Below, in pieces: positions 21,197 to 34,849 of a stretch of 64,000 nt of DNA. A model generated the notes under the pieces. The model saw nothing but the letters and a program-made list of their open reading frames with translations. It did no database searches and was not told the origin of the DNA. The stretch comes from Chlorokybus atmophyticus. Its lineage: Eukaryota; Plantae; Mesostigma and Chlorokybus algae. Numbering within the stretch: position 1 is the stretch's first letter; each line of letters opens with the position of its first letter. Location: the NCBI GenBank assembly GCA_009103225.1, contig RHPI01002411.1, positions 28 to 64,027 of the forward strand. Direction: 5' to 3'. A program made the translations under genes and the position numbers.

Positions 21197-21586
21197 AGAA
21201 TTCTTGTCCAGCCAGATGTCTTGACGTAGATCCGCCGCTGGGAGTTAAGCATTATCGGGTGTGGCCTGCTCAGATGTGTCAGTGTCGACAGGGATGAGCG
21301 CTGGCATATCGTCCAATACTGGCATCGTCGGAGCTGCTCATGTGATGGTGTCTCGTCTAGAGTGTAGTGCAGCGACGGCAAGCATGGTGGCCACCTGTGG
21401 TGGTGCCAACGGACCCAAGTCATGGCGGGCACCGGTGGCGTCGTTGGTGGAGAGGTGGGGTTTGCGGCTAAGGCCATCCGCGTCCTGGTTGGCCAGGCCT
21501 GCCCGATGGGTGATCTCGAAGTCGTACTCCTGTAGCAGCAAGGCCCACCTGGCCAACTTGCCCGTAAGGTGTTGATTGGTCTTGAG

Positions 21587-22862
21587 TCAGCGCAGCGGCT
21601 GGTGGTCGGTGATCAGCGAGAACTGTCTCCCGAACAGGAAGGGTCTGAAGAAGGAGATGGCCCATACAGCGGCAAGGGACTCGCCCTCGTAACTGCTGTA
21701 GTTGGCTTCAGCACTGTTGTTGCTGCGGCTGGCGTAGGACACCACCCGTTCCTTCTTGTTATCGTCGAGCTGGACCAAGACAGCACCCATGCCGAGTTTG
21801 CTCCAGTCGGTGTGGAAACAAAGGGCTTGGTGTAGTCTGGTCGCTGCAGAATGGGGGCTGATGTGAGCCTGTGCTTCAGCTCCTCGAACGCCTGTTGCTG
21901 GGCCTCCTTCTAGCTCCACTCTGTCTCTTTCTTGAGGAGTTCGTTGAGGGGGCGCGCCACCTTAGCGAAGTCTTTGACGAACCTCCTGTAGTAGTTGGCG
22001 AGGCCAAGGAAGGCACGCAATCGAGTCAGATCTGTCGGGGCTGGAATAGATGCCAGAGCCTCCACCTTGGCCTGCTGAACGTATACGCCGTTGGGCACGA
22101 TCATGTGGCCGAGGTAGGGGACCTTGTGGGTGAAGAAAGTGCACTTGTCGGGGTGCACAATCATCCCAACTGCCTGAACTCTTCTTGGTACCTCCTCGAT
22201 GTGGAGGAGATGCTCCTCTGCGGTGTGGCTGAAGATCAGGATGTCGTCGATGTAGCACCGCGCGAAGGAGCACCCCTTCAACGCCTTGTCCATCACGCGC
22301 TGGGACTTTGCTGGCGCGTTCTTCAGCCCGAAAGACATGACCTTCCAGTGGTACAGCTGCCGGTTGCCCCAAAATGCCATTTTGTGCTTGTCGTCGGGCT
22401 TGATCTCGATCTGGTTGTACCCCTGCCGCATGTCCAGAATGCTGAACACGGTACACGAGCTGACGTCGTCGAAGATGCCCTCTGCGGTTGGCATTGGGTA
22501 CCGATCCTGCTTGGTTTTGTTGTTGAGTGGGCGATAATCCCCACACATCCGCCGTTCTGTCCAGTTGCCCTCTGAGTCCTTCTTGAGGGGCATGACTGTG
22601 GCGGCAGCGAAGTCGGATGTGGATTCCTCGACCAGTGCCGCCTCCAGCAATGCCTTGCATCGCTGTTCCACCAAGTCTTCCTCCAACTTGGACAGCTTGT
22701 ACTGTCTTCTATATACACCGGTTCTTCGTCGACGAGGTCGATGTCCATCTGGTACACTAAACACTTGCCCAACTCCTTGACGTTGAAATTGAACTGAGCT
22801 TTCCATTTGTTGAGGAGCGCCTCCAACTGTTCCTTCACAGGTCCTGTAGCCAAGGGTCCCAT
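21587..22862 (-). pseudogene. Gypsy reverse transcriptase and RNase H (frameshifts)
   Basis: RMCGDYRPLN, LDMRQGYNQI, MSFGLKNAP, YIDDILIFS, FLGLANYYRRFV; TDWSKLGMGAVL, ITDHQPL. Confidence 0.93.
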
Positions 22863-23049
22863 GGCGTGGCGGTTGCCTTCACAGGGATGTCCTCCACTGT
22901 AACTGCTGCCTGCTCCTCAATGTGAGCGATCTCCATAGCGGTGTGGGCCACAACAGCGTCGAAGCGATTGACCCACCCCCCAGACAGGTGTTCGAGATCC
23001 TTGAGAAACACCTGTCGGTCTTGAATGGCGAAGTAGATTTCCAGTAGCC

Positions 23050-24005
23050 AAACCATACTGTTTTGGTCCATGGCGCGACCTAGAAGTTGCCTCTGTTGAC
23101 TGTCGGTTAGCGCGCAGCTTCTGATGGTGCCCGGAAAGAAACCCATGGCGCGTTCACGCTCACGTGCATTGGGCTCTTTCAGTCGGTTCGTTGTGCGATC
23201 AAAGACCATGCCGTCCCCGCCATTTCGGGGGAAAAAAAAAGAAAAGCATAAGAGCCTGGATATGAGACCAGCGTGGGGAGTGCTCTGCGTGGTTTGCCCG
23301 GTTGATTGCACTGATGGAAGTGGGCGTGGTCGTGACGAGAAACTGGTTGCGATGTTCTGCCAGCGTCGAGGATGTCATCCACGAACAAGTTGCTGGGACG
23401 TGAAGTGAGTAGATGCTCCGCGGCTGTCAGCTCTTCCACGGCGGCAAGGTTGGTCCACTTGGCACGGACGCAATGTGCACGTGACCCATGCCGAGTAGCG
23501 CTCATCTTGGTTGGATGTCCAAGGATGGAGCATACCACACGATAGCTGTGCTGCACGTGGTAACGGCGATCATCCTGAGAGTGGACGTTCTCGATGATGT
23601 ACGCCAGGGGGACGCTGAATTTAATGGTGCTGCAGCAAGTGGATGACTCGCAGCAGCTCCCAGAAAAGGGTGGAGCGTGGGTCGTCTCACCCCTGTCCTG
23701 TACCGGCCCTGGAGTGACCTTGGCACTCCCATCCAGCAATCAACAGATCCACATTGCCCAAGGCAATGAGATGATCAGCTGAGATGAGGCGGATGTTTTG
23801 AGGCAGCGCCTTAAGACTTCCACGCAATGCAGACAATGGTAGGAGGTGTGGATAACGCAAGTGCAACTGACGCAGATGATGGCGGACAGCAGTCTGAGCA
23901 TGCGGATCAGGGTCACGGTAGTAATAATGTGTTACCTTGATACCGGTGTTGAGAAGTGTCGCCAAGCCGCTGCCAATCCCGCCGAACAGTTCCAGCAACG
24001 TGACT
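23050..24005 (-). pseudogene. C5 DNA cytosine methyltransferase domain embedded between protease and RT
   Basis: Motif I LLELFGGIGSG; IV DLLIAGWECQGHSRAG; V DPRSTLFWELLR; VI YIIENV; VIII HGSRAHCVRAKWTNL; IX/X EPNARERERAMGF...LLGRAMD. Correct order, with two stops and two frameshifts. Confidence 0.9.
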
Positions 24006-24389
24006 CCTTGTTGGCGTCGTGCCGCACTGAAGTCCACGACTCCGGTAGCCACGGTGAATTGCTCCGCAAGTGCATGTCCTCGTGGTAATCCGGGAAGCGT
24101 GTGGGAAAGGGCTTCTTGTCCAGCAACACGCGCGCATCCACCTCTGCTCTCCAACGCCGTTCTATTGGGTCTTGCAAGGCTACCTCATGGGTTGCTGTGT
24201 CCTGCGTGTCGGAGGAGGGCATGCGGGATGTGGCGACAGCTGTAGTGGTGGCTCCCATGAACCGGCGTGCACGTGTGGGCAACACCAGGTCGAGGGGGAT
24301 GAACCCGATGACAGAACCATCTCCGCCGCGCCAGCCGGGCTTGAACCATGCTTGCTCGGTCCAGTTGTCCATGCCGATGGCTACGAAGT

Positions 24390-24700
24390 AACTGAAGTCC
24401 TGCCCGATCAACAAATCATAGCTGGTGGCGTTGGTAACCACACATTGCTGGGCCAGCTGAGTGGTGTGTGTGGGGTCCAGCCCAGTCAGGGTGATGGTGA
24501 GGACTTCCTTGGTGATGCCAACAGGGCTTTTGCGTCCTCCTGTGGCGGTGTCAATCTAAAAAGGGCAGCTGTCCAGCGATGCTGCCGTGAGCCCCAAGGC
24601 TTTGGCCAAGTGTCTGCCAATGATACATGGTTGTGCCCCTCCGTCCAACATGCGTTCGGGTGCGCGTCCGTTGATTTGCGCATGCTTGCCCTGGTTGGCA
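24390..24700 (-). pseudogene. Retroviral-type aspartic protease
   Basis: MLDGGAQPCII...IDTATG...YDLLIGQDF, one in-frame stop. Confidence 0.8.
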
Positions 24701-25039
24701 ACCATGACGGCGTTGGCGTCAAGCCGTGCGCGATCGTTGGGACGTCGAGGAACAGCGCTAGCTGTGGGGTGTTGCGCCAGGGTGCTGGACCTCAAGGCTG
24801 CCATGGCTCATCTTCCTGCAGCAAGAGCGGTGCTCTGTCCCTGTGCACTTCCTTGTCCGGTTCCACCCCCCTGCCCTGGCCCTTGTCCGGGTGATGCTAG
24901 AGCCGGTGGTGGATTGCGACGAGGAGTTGGGTCCATACCAGGAGCTGCTGCTGGTGGTGGTGGAGGCACGCGTTCCATTGTTGTCACTGCCTCTCTGTTG
25001 GTCCAGTAGAGTGCATGAGCGGCCTCCCGCATTAGTGCA

Positions 25040-28000
25040 TGTTGAAGGACTAGCATGCATATGTAGTTGAGGCAAGCATAGACACACAGAGACAGAGCTA
25101 CCGCCACCAGAGCATACACAGGTCACATCACATTCATCTATTACAAGTTGTCCGCTGGTTCTTATACCAGCCAGTTACACACACGTCTACGTTTGCAAGC
25201 ACTGCGTGAGCTATACTCAGCCTTTTGACGCGCTCTAAGCTGTGTTGTCTTCCTTACAATCAGAGCTTTCCAACAAGCTCTCACACGCCTAATATGAGTA
25301 AGTATACGCGGAGATACGAAGCAGTTAGTAAGGCTCCAGTCTGGAGTCCGGAGTCTGGTCCGACGATGCCATCTTGCTAAGTCCGGACCTAGTGCTCGTC
25401 CTTACGACCTTCTACTCCTGTGTGGAGGGTCGATGCTGATCGTATGTAGGAATGACTCTCAACACTCCCACGCGAGCAGCTTGACCTCCAACGCTTGCTC
25501 CTGTAGTCAAACACAAATGCCAAGTCCTGCGCAACAAGTCTTGAACTTGAGTGGTGACAATGGCTTTGTCATGAAGTCCGCCAGCATGCCCTCAGTGTTG
25601 CAGTACTGGAACTCCACCTCCTTCCTTGTGACTCTGTCACGCACAAAGTGATGCATGACATCAATGTGCTTCGTCCTTGCCGAGGCGATAGGGTGCTTCA
25701 ACAACTTGATGGCTCCTTGGTTGTCACAGTTGATGACGATGCACGCCATGGGGTGCTCCAAGTCTGCCATGAGCTTGCGAAGCCAGAGTGCCTCCTTCAC
25801 TGCTGCTGCCGCTGCCATGTACTCAGCCTCTGATGTAGATGCTGCTGTTGTTGGCTGCAGCCTGCTGTTCCAGCTCACCACGCCTCCGTTCAGCTTGAAG
25901 ACGTAGCCTGTAGTGGACCTCCTGCTGTTGAGGTCACCAGCAAAGTCCGAGTCGCAGTAGCCCTCCAACTCAGTGCTCCCGCTCCCAAACTTGATGCCAA
26001 CTGTTGCGCTCCCAGCAACATAGCGTAGTACTCCCTTTGCTGCTCTCCAGTGCTCCATGCTCGGTGCAGACATGTAGCGAGCAAGTACTCCCACAGCATG
26101 TGCAACATCGGGACGTGTGCACACTGCCAGATAGAGCATGCTGCCTACCAGCTCACCATATGGATACTGAGCCTTGTCGAGTACCTCCTCATCCTTTGCC
26201 TTGATGAGGGCAGTGCCAAGTGCCAACGGTGTGGTCTTGGTCTTCGCTTCAGTGAGCCCAAACTTGGTGACGAGTCTTCTCACCATCTGCTCCTGACTGA
26301 TCTTGATTGTGCGAGCCGCCCTGTCGCGCTCAATCACCATGCCAAGGAACCACTTGGCCTCTCCAAGATCACGAACTGAGAATGCTTGCTGTAGAGCAAG
26401 TTTCGTCTCCTGCAGGTGGTGCACCTGCCTGGCGGTGATGATGATATCATCAACATACACGAGCAGCCAGACCTTGTTGTCTGCATGGATGAAGAGCCCA
26501 GGGTCTGCAGAGGATGCGGTGAAGCCAAGTGCCTCCAGCTCCTTGGTGAGCTTGATGTGCCACATACGCGGTGCCTGTCGCAGCCCGTACAGTGCCTTGA
26601 TCAGCTTGCACGCTGTGCCTCTCTCCCCTTCTTCATATCCAGGTGGTTGCTCGATGAAGATCTCCTCCTCCAGCTCTCCGTAGAGGAAGGCAGTCTTCAC
26701 ATCCAGGTGATGCAGCTCTAGGTCTTCAGCAGCAACCATAGCTAGCAGTGCACGGAAGGTGGTATGCTTACTTGCAGGTGCAAACACTTCGTTGAAGTCC
26801 ACACCTTCCTGCTGCAAGAAGCCCTTTGCCACCAGTCTTGCCTTGTAGCGCTCAATGTTGCCCTGACCATCACGCTTCACCTTGAAGACCCATTTCACTG
26901 GAATGGTCTTCACTCCTTGCGGTAACTGCTCCAGTGACCAAGTGTTGTTGGCATGGAGTGACGCAATCTCCTCGTCCATAGCACGCTGCCATTGCTCCGC
27001 ATCTGGTGCTAACAATGCCTCCTCGTAGGTGCTTGGCTCCTCATTCTGCACACTGGCGACGTGTGCCTTGTGTAGGAAGTCAGGTGCCTTTCTCTCCCTC
27101 ACTGGGTATCTCCGAGCTGCGTGCTCCTGCTGCAGGTGCGACTGCTTGTCTGCTACAGTGGAGTCCTGCTCACCCTTATCGTCGATGATGGCCTTGCCTG
27201 TAGCCTCCACTGTTTCAGGATGCTCCGGCTGTGCTTCATCTTCAGGAAAGAAGCCTGCTTCTGGTTGTGATAATCCCTCGTGGAAAACCACCTCTCTGCT
27301 CACGATGATCTTCTGAGTGTCCTCGAGCAAGATCCTGTAAGCCTTGGAACCCGGTTCATAGCCAACGAAGATGCCCTTCTTGCTGACCGGCTCCAGCTTG
27401 TGCCTGAGCTGTTTAGGCACTAGTGCATATGCCGTGCATCCAAACACACGCATACCACTCACATCTGGTGTGGCTCCATAGAAGTGCTCCCACGGAGTCT
27501 TCTGCTCTGAGCTCACCGGAGACCTGTTGCGGATGTAGTTGGCAGTGAGTACCGCCTCCTTCCACAAACTGTCTTCCATCTTTGTGTCGTTGAGCATGGC
27601 TCGAACACGCTCCAAGAGTGTCCTGTTGAGGCGTTCAGCTGCTCCATTCTGCTGCGGGGTGTAGGGTGCCGTTGTCTCGTGACGTATGCCCTTGCTGGCG
27701 AAGAACTCCTTCAACTCCTTGTTGATGTACTCCCCTCCTCGGTCACTCCTCATTGCCTTCATCTTGTTGCTAGACTGCGTCTCCAACAAGGCCACGACTG
27801 TGCGCACAGCTCCAGCAATTTCTGACTTCAGCGTCAACGGAAAGATGATGGACAGCTTGCTGTAGTCGTCGATCAATGTAGCAAAGTACCTGACCCCTCC
27901 CTTCGCCACAATGCGCATAGGGCCACAGACATCCATGTGCACAAGCTCGCAAGGACGCTGACTGCTAGAAGAGGATGATGGGAATGGCATAGCATGCTGC

Positions 28001-28636
28001 TTTGCAACCAGGCATGGTTCACAAAGTGCACCTGATGCATTCTTGAGTTCTTCAGTGCTGAGATGGATGCCCTTGACCATCTTCTCAGCGACAAGGCGAG
28101 TGAGGTTGACGTAGCTGAGATGCCCGAACCTTCGATGCCACAATGTTGGCGACGCCTTGTCCTTCACCATCATGGCTTGGATGTTAATGTTCTGAGGGTG
28201 CTGCTCCACGTGGTAGAGCCCTCCCGGATCAGCGATTCCAACCATGTGCACGACCCCATCAAGGATGACTGTGCAGCCACCCTTCCGAAATAGGATCTCC
28301 GCGTCTAAGCGCTCCGCAACCCTCACAGAGAATAGACTCGCAATAGCCTTAGGAACATGCAGGACGTTGCGTAACAACACCTCGCGTAGTGTGGTACCAA
28401 CCTTGCACTGGAGTCGTACGTTGCCAACTCCCTCAGCCACCAGTACTTCGCCACTGAAGCCCGCCACCTTGATTGTGGACGTCAGCTTTCTGTAGCCCTC
28501 CATCACCTCCTTGCTTGGTGTGAGATGACGATCGCAGCCAGAGTCCACCACCCAGAAAGCTGTGCCCGCCTTCGAACTGGATGCAGTGAAGGCGACATGT
28601 TTCTCCTTGTGTTGGTGCTCGTTGCCGCTGTTGCTG
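25040..28636 (-). mobile_element. Copia family A copy E, 5'-truncated within gag; 3' LTR 25040-25464
   Basis: The 1014-aa ORF 25507-28551 is near-identical to the family A pol. Homology stops in gag at a junction with Gypsy LTR sequence. Confidence 0.95.
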
Positions 28637-31600
28637 GTGCTCGCACTAGGTTGCCTTGACTTGGAATGACTTGGAATGACTTAGATCAGACCTAAGTCAA
28701 CTCACAACGGATCAGCTAGTTCGGCTATACTAGGTACCTCCGAGGACTGACTCACAACTGCTCAGCGTCGCGCGGGGACCCATGCTGGTAGCCAGGGTTG
28801 ATGCCTGGCTGTAGGCATAGCTGATGGGGAAGTGCTGTGATGCCGGTAGCGCAGGAATGATGCTTGGCTGTAGGCATCTTTGAGGAAGTTGGCCCCTCCT
28901 GGACCGCTGGCATGACAAAAACCCGACATCGCACATGCAGTTGGAGTGCTTGCGCGCAACATGTCTGCACCAAGCATGGAGCATTGGCTTGCTGCGAAGG
29001 GAGTATTGCGCTACGCGGCTGGAAGCACAAGTGTTGGCATCAAGTTTGGTTGCGGAAGCATAAAGATGGAGGGCTACTGCAACGCAGACTTTGCAGGTGA
29101 CCTTGACAGCAGGAGGTCCACTACAGCTTACGTCTTCAAGTTAAATGGAGGCGTGGTGAGCTGGAACAGCAAGCTGCAACCAACAACAACAGCATCTACT
29201 TCGGAGCGGAGTACATGGCAGCATCCGCTGCAGTGAAGGAGGCATTATGGCTTCGCAAGCTGATGGCAGATCTGGAGCACCCAATGGCGTGTATCACGAT
29301 CAACTACGACAACCAAGGCGCCATCAAGTTGCTGAAGCACCCCATTGCCTTGACAAGGACAAAGCACATTGATGTCATCTATCACTTTGTGCGAGACAGA
29401 GTCACACGCAAGGAGGTTGAGTTTCAGTTTTGCAATACAGAAGACATGCTCGCGGACTTCATGACAAAGCCACTGTCACCACTGAAGTTCAAGGCATGTT
29501 GCACGGGACTCGGCATATGTGCGTAAGCAGGACTAAGTTTAAAGGCCAACCTGCCCGCGTGGGAGTGTTAAAGATATTCCTACATCCGGTCAGCCTGCCC
29601 TGTATACAAGAGAAGGGACCTCGATGGGAGGACCTTGAAGACTCCGGACATGAAGGTCCTGGCGCGGACTGCATAGAAGGGTCCTAGGAGAATCGTCATA
29701 TCTCCCAAGATACGCAGTCTTATAGGACGTGGCATAGCTTGTTGCAAAGCTTGTCAAGTTAGCTACATGGCACATCTTGCAGCGTAGGATATGGTTAAGC
29801 ATCGGACGCTGTTGCGTGTAGACCAGCAGTGGGTACAAACTGTGTACTGACTGGCGGGTACATAACCCCGCGGTCTGTTGGTAATAACATGGGAAGTGTG
29901 TTGCCTTCTCCTGTGTGTCATTGCTTGCCCTCTTTGCTTGCATGCTTGCTTCTCAACAGGCAGGCTACAGTTGACGCGCAGACATTCTCTCGTTAAGCTA
30001 CTCCAAGAACTCCAAGATTATAGGCAAGGTCAGCAACATCGCGTCAAATATTGAAGTGATGTTAACTTCACGGAGAACTGTAGCCTCGCGCAGAATGCCA
30101 GTGTAGTGTGCATCCGCGTTGTGGTAGATATTAAGGAGATTAGCCAGCAAATCCTCCCAGCCTTGAAATCCCTGTCCACCTGGTCTGCTGCGCTGATGCA
30201 CATCCCTGAGTTTGATTGAGCGCTGCATGAAGTGATGTTGCCATGCCGCACCCCCTGTAAACCCGATGGTCCAGCCGGCAAGCATCTGGGACAGACCACC
30301 AGCCAGCACGTCGTCACGCTCGCAACTTCACAAGTTTACAAAGTTGTTCGTCACCAGGCGTGCCCATTCTCGAATGGTGTTGATGAAGTCATGCGCACGG
30401 TGACGTTGAAGCTGCTTGCGTTATTGTTGAAGCTGATCCTGCAGCTGCTTTTGTTGCTGTTGCGCTTGCTGCCGGTGCTGCTGAAGCTGTAGCTACAGCT
30501 CCCACAGATGAGTCCATTGTTGTTGCGGTAGTTGCGGGAGCTGTTGTTTGAGATGGTCTACGTCATCGTGGAGGGCTTCCTTCTTCGTCTTCGATGATTG
30601 TACTTCCCATCTGCGCAATCGTACTGGTCCAGCAGTCTTCTAATGTCGCTTGAAGGCTGTCCAATGCCTCTTGTCTAGACCGCTCGAGTGCAGCGAAAAA
30701 CTCCTTAAATAGCATTTGCAACCTGTCAACGTCTCTTTGCGTCTCCCCCAACTGTTGCTGCACCTCTCCCATCTGCTTCTCTGCTCGCTCTGCTCACACT
30801 ATCACTTTGTTGACAGCCCCAGTGTCAATTTACGCATGCCCCAGCTGTTGCTCCAACTCTCGCTTGCGGGCTCGCACCTCGTTCAACTGCTTCTCTGCTC
30901 GCTCAGCTCTGTCTGTCATTGCATTGACAATCTAAGTGTTTACAGCCTCTGTAACAGGTTGCGCCGCTTGCTGCTGCAGCTGGAGTAGCTATTCCCTTGT
31001 ACGTTGCAGCTCTTCACCACCTTTGGCCTCCTGACTTGAGGAGGATTCAAGCTGCTGCACCCGTTGCAACAGGCTGGCATTGCGCTGATGGTACTTGTGA
31101 AGCACCGCGTCGATGGAGCGCCAAGGGTTCTCTGCCTCTGCCGCTATGGTGGTCATTGTTGCATTTAATGCTGCAACTTGCAGCTGTGCCTGACGCAACC
31201 GCCGGCGCAGACTGTCGACCTCCTCAGCATTTGACTTCGCTGCCAACTCCATTTGCCGCCGCAGCTCCTCAACATTGGATGCCGCTCCCTTTGCTACAGT
31301 TCCTGCAGCTGCTGCCGCAGTAGTTTTTCTTCACGAGTGTAGTTGTCAGCCAGCAGCCTACGCTGCCGATGCGACTCCTCCACATTGTTGAGAGCACGTT
31401 CAAGTTGCTCTTTGCGCATATTATTGAACTTGCGCAAGGACTCCTGCAAGACCGTGTGACTAGTCTGTGCCCGCTCGTTGGCATCCTGCAGCAGCAAAAT
31501 AAAAAATGAGTCCACACACAAGCCACTGAAGCATTCCCAACATGCATTAAACTCTGTGATAGTCATCAACGCAAACCATTGAGGACTGTCATTAGTTTGT

Positions 31601-33327
31601 GCCAATGCGGGCGCCAACCGTATGCTGCAAGCCCTTGTTGACAGCCCACATAAACCAACAACTACTATCAAGTGTGTATAAACCGTACCTTTGCTGCAGA
31701 TGCCACGTTTTGCACGGCTTGCAATACAGAGCCCAGGTCGGCGGCGTGCACGCTATCGGCTTCTTGCATCTTCACAAGCGCCTTAGGCTCAGCGCCGGGA
31801 GTCAGGTCTTGGGTGACATTTGCAGAGGTAGAGGCGGCTGGCCCTGCGGCGTTCTTGGTGTGGGCGTATTTGCTGGTGGTGTCGGACCTGCGACAACTTT
31901 TCGCAGACGTTCTCCGGACGAAGAGCCTGACAGCTGCAGGGTTGACAGCTGCAAGGTCCCGGTAGGGGTGGACTGACCAGTTGATAGCGTGGACAATTGT
32001 GGAGTTTCTTGTGTGGCTGCTGGCAGGTTCTGGCGCTGCTTTTTTGATGGTGGTGAAGTAAGAGGAGGGGGACCTTCTGTTCTCCTGGCAGGTAGCTTGA
32101 GACTGTCAACACGTGGAGGGTCTGGGGCTGGCGTTCTAGTGCCAGCTTGTGTACTGGTACTGGGGGGAGGTGCCGGTGGGCCATGGGGATTGTGAGGGGG
32201 ACTGTGAGGGGGACTATCCTTTGGCCTGTTAGAGTGCATGGGCCTTGGACGCATGTTGGCGCGCCCGAGCCACGTCCACAGGGGATGCGACTTAATCTCT
32301 GTATCACTCATGGGGTTCACAGGTTCAGGCCTAGCAGACACCGCTTGAGCCGCAGTGGAAGGCTCCGTCATGGCTTCCAATGCACGTGCTGCATCAGCCT
32401 CCTCCTTCTTCTCCTCGTACTCAACCTGCTCGTTGACGATGACATGCAGCGCGTCTTGCATCGTCTTGGAGGGAAACTTCTTCCAGCCTTTGTGAAGAAT
32501 AGCCGTTATCTTCTTCTCCCAATGCTTTTCCCTTTCCTCCCGCTGAAGTTCAAGCGATACAGCCTGCCGGGTAAAAGCTTTCTTTGTGGCAGCCAGGCTA
32601 AGTGTCCGAGCTTGGTGCGCCTCGACAGTCTTGGTGTAGATGGCGGCCATTTTCTCCTGCAAACACTCGCACCAAGTTAGGGCTCTGTGTGGAATGTTTG
32701 GCGGCCTACATGGCAACGTATACTGGTACGTACACTAAGCAAATTTCTTGTTTAATCTGTAGCTCCAAGTCCCTTATGACTTGTCTGTGGTCGTCTACTT
32801 GTCTGTTTGCTGCCTCTTTCATTTCATGGGCAGCGTCATGCACAGCTTTATAGAAGTGAACAGATATTTGGCGCTGAACATGAGCTTTCGGGTCTATCTG
32901 TTGATGGACGTGCATACTCTATTGGTTGTTGGCATGCAATGCGCGGTGCAGTTCGATTTGCATGCCAACAGCAGCCTGTCAGAAGGGACTGACAATGTAT
33001 ATGCACTGCCTCGCTACAAGAGTACATAACTTACCATTGTTTTGGTGCGCTTCAGCTTGACAAGAGGGGGTAAGCAACCGCCTTAAATACGCCCTGGCAC
33101 TCTAGCCCGGCTCCCTTAGCGCATTGCTTGTTACAAGCCACATAGCGTCCTCCATGGCCAGCCCCCAGTTATATACGAATTTGTGCGCAACATCTTCCGT
33201 TCTCCACAGTTGGGTCTGCATCCAAAAGGCCAGTCAGTATTCTGTATCAAATTAACAGTCTGCATTGACAGTCGAACATGGACAGTTGCCTAACAAGCAA
33301 GCTAACAAGCATGCATCAACCACTTAC

Positions 33328-33845
33328 TCTGTCTATCTGCCCATCAGGTGGCCCACGAAAAGGGTCATAGTCCAGTAGTAGCTCCTCTACTGCCTGTATG
33401 TCCTTGATCGCATACACAGTAACAGCTGGCTTGCCGGCGCCATCGAAGTCCGACCAGAGCCTGGCGTTGGGCTCATGTCGTTGCCCGTGTACGGAATTGA
33501 TGTAAGCTGCCACATTGCCAGTGCGGGGGTGGCCATCGATGACAACCTGATATTTGTTGGGTGTGTTTTGCAGGAACAGGTTGACGTGATATCGTCTGTG
33601 GTGTTGAAAGCCAGTTGTTAGCTGGCAACTGCGAAAGACATCCCGCTGCTCTTGGTATGTGAACCATTTGCCGTCGCATGGCATCACGTTCTCCTCTGCA
33701 AAGATGTACACAGGTCATCAGTCATAAGCACACAGGTGTACATACAAACACAACGTGCGTATACACGTGCACGCACCATTTGCTATGTCCTGGCGGGCGA
33801 ACAGTCCCAATCCAACACCAGTAATTGTGGAGTCCTTGATATCTC
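33328..33845 (-). CDS. SET domain of gene 1 (two exons; intron 33696-33776)
   Basis: IKDSTITGVGLGLFARQDIANG|EEN...VIDGHPRTGNVAAYINSVHGQRHEPN...YAIKDIQAVEELLLDYDP: GxG, N(H/S) and ELxxDY motifs. Confidence 0.88.
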
Positions 33846-34011
33846 AGTTGTGCAGGTGATACTTGAACTCCTCTTTGACCGGAATGCTTGTGGATGCTTT
33901 TACATCCTTCAAATAGTTCAGCCACCACAGCTGGTGCTTGTCTCCAGCTCCACGATGAATGAGCTTCAGGTTGGGAATCCCATTGTTAGTCTGTTTGAAG
34001 CAGTGGTCAGT

Positions 34012-34175
34012 TGCAATGCTTTGAGAGCCACACAGATAATAACAGTCTTGCTTGACAGTCCTTTAAGCAAAAAGCGGGGGGGGGGGGGGGGGGGGGGNGT
34101 TGCAATGCTGTGAGAGCCACACAGATGACAGTCTTGCTTGACAGTCCTCTAAGCCAAGGGGGGAGGGGGGGGATG
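34012..34175 (+). repeat. Tandem duplication (about 85 bp) each ending in a G-tract, inside an intron of SET gene 1
   Basis: GTTGCAATGCT.TGAGAGCCACACAGAT...TGACAGTCC occurs twice. There is an N at the end of the poly-G. Confidence 0.7.
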
Positions 34176-34849
34176 CAAGACATATGCTTACCCTCAAGTT
34201 GTCGTCCGAAAGGTTGGGTGGCTATGTGGTGCCCGTGGAACTGTAGCAATTCATTTCAAACCTCTGCATCTCTTGAAAAGCTGCACGGAACTCTTCTTTG
34301 GGATCCACCGCAGGACCTTTGCCGTGTTGCTGTGCGGAGGAACTGTGCAATAATGGACTTGTTGAGACATCTGCAGTCTCCGCCGAGTCTGCCTCCTCCC
34401 TTACTTCCAACTCCTGTTGTTGCTGCTGCTGCTGCACCTGCTGCTGCGCCTCTTCCACCTTCAGCTGCGTTTTGCGAGGCCAAAAGGCACACGGCTTGAC
34501 GTTGAAGGACCATGCATGGTCCTTTCACGGACTCCGCGGACCATGCATGATCCGTACCCCGCGGGCCAGGACTGCCTGGTCCGCGGGGGACGGACCGTTC
34601 CTGGTCCATTCGGGGCCCCGCGGCCCGTCAATGGCTGGCGCGGCGACGCGCACCACGCATGATCCGTGCCGCACCATCCATGGTGCGGCACGGACCATTA
34701 TGTATCCTGGCCCTTGAATGCGGACCAGGTGCGGTCCCGCAGTCCTGTGGCCCTACAAGGACGCACCGTACATGGTGCCGCACGGTCCTCGCCGCACCAT
34801 GTCCGGTGCCGCACGGACCAGTGACCGCGGCCCTGCCGCTATCATGAGT

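Larger units (their letters stand above)
19456..28917 (-). mobile_element. Ty3/Gypsy copy 2 carrying a C5-cytosine methyltransferase and a PHD finger (both LTRs partly deleted, gag replaced by Copia E)
   Basis: Termini TGTCATGCC (28917) and ...CCCGACA (19456) with 4-bp TSD AAAA. Domain order PR-DNMT-RT-RH-INT-PHD. Confidence 0.88.
19423..29958 (+). mobile_element. Ty1/Copia family B remnant, split by Gypsy copy 2 (19423-19455 + 28918-29958); 3' LTR 29566-29958
   Basis: Removing 19456-28917 and one AAAA restores GSMLYLAVCT-K-PDIAHAVGVLAR in frame. A frameshifted RNase H follows, then PPT and LTR TGTTAAAG...TCTCAACA. Confidence 0.88.

Noticed and set aside
10448-28495. Numerous 60-130-aa overlapping or antisense ORFs within the Copia copies
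   Set aside because: They are shadows of gag-pol, repeated only because the copies are near-identical.
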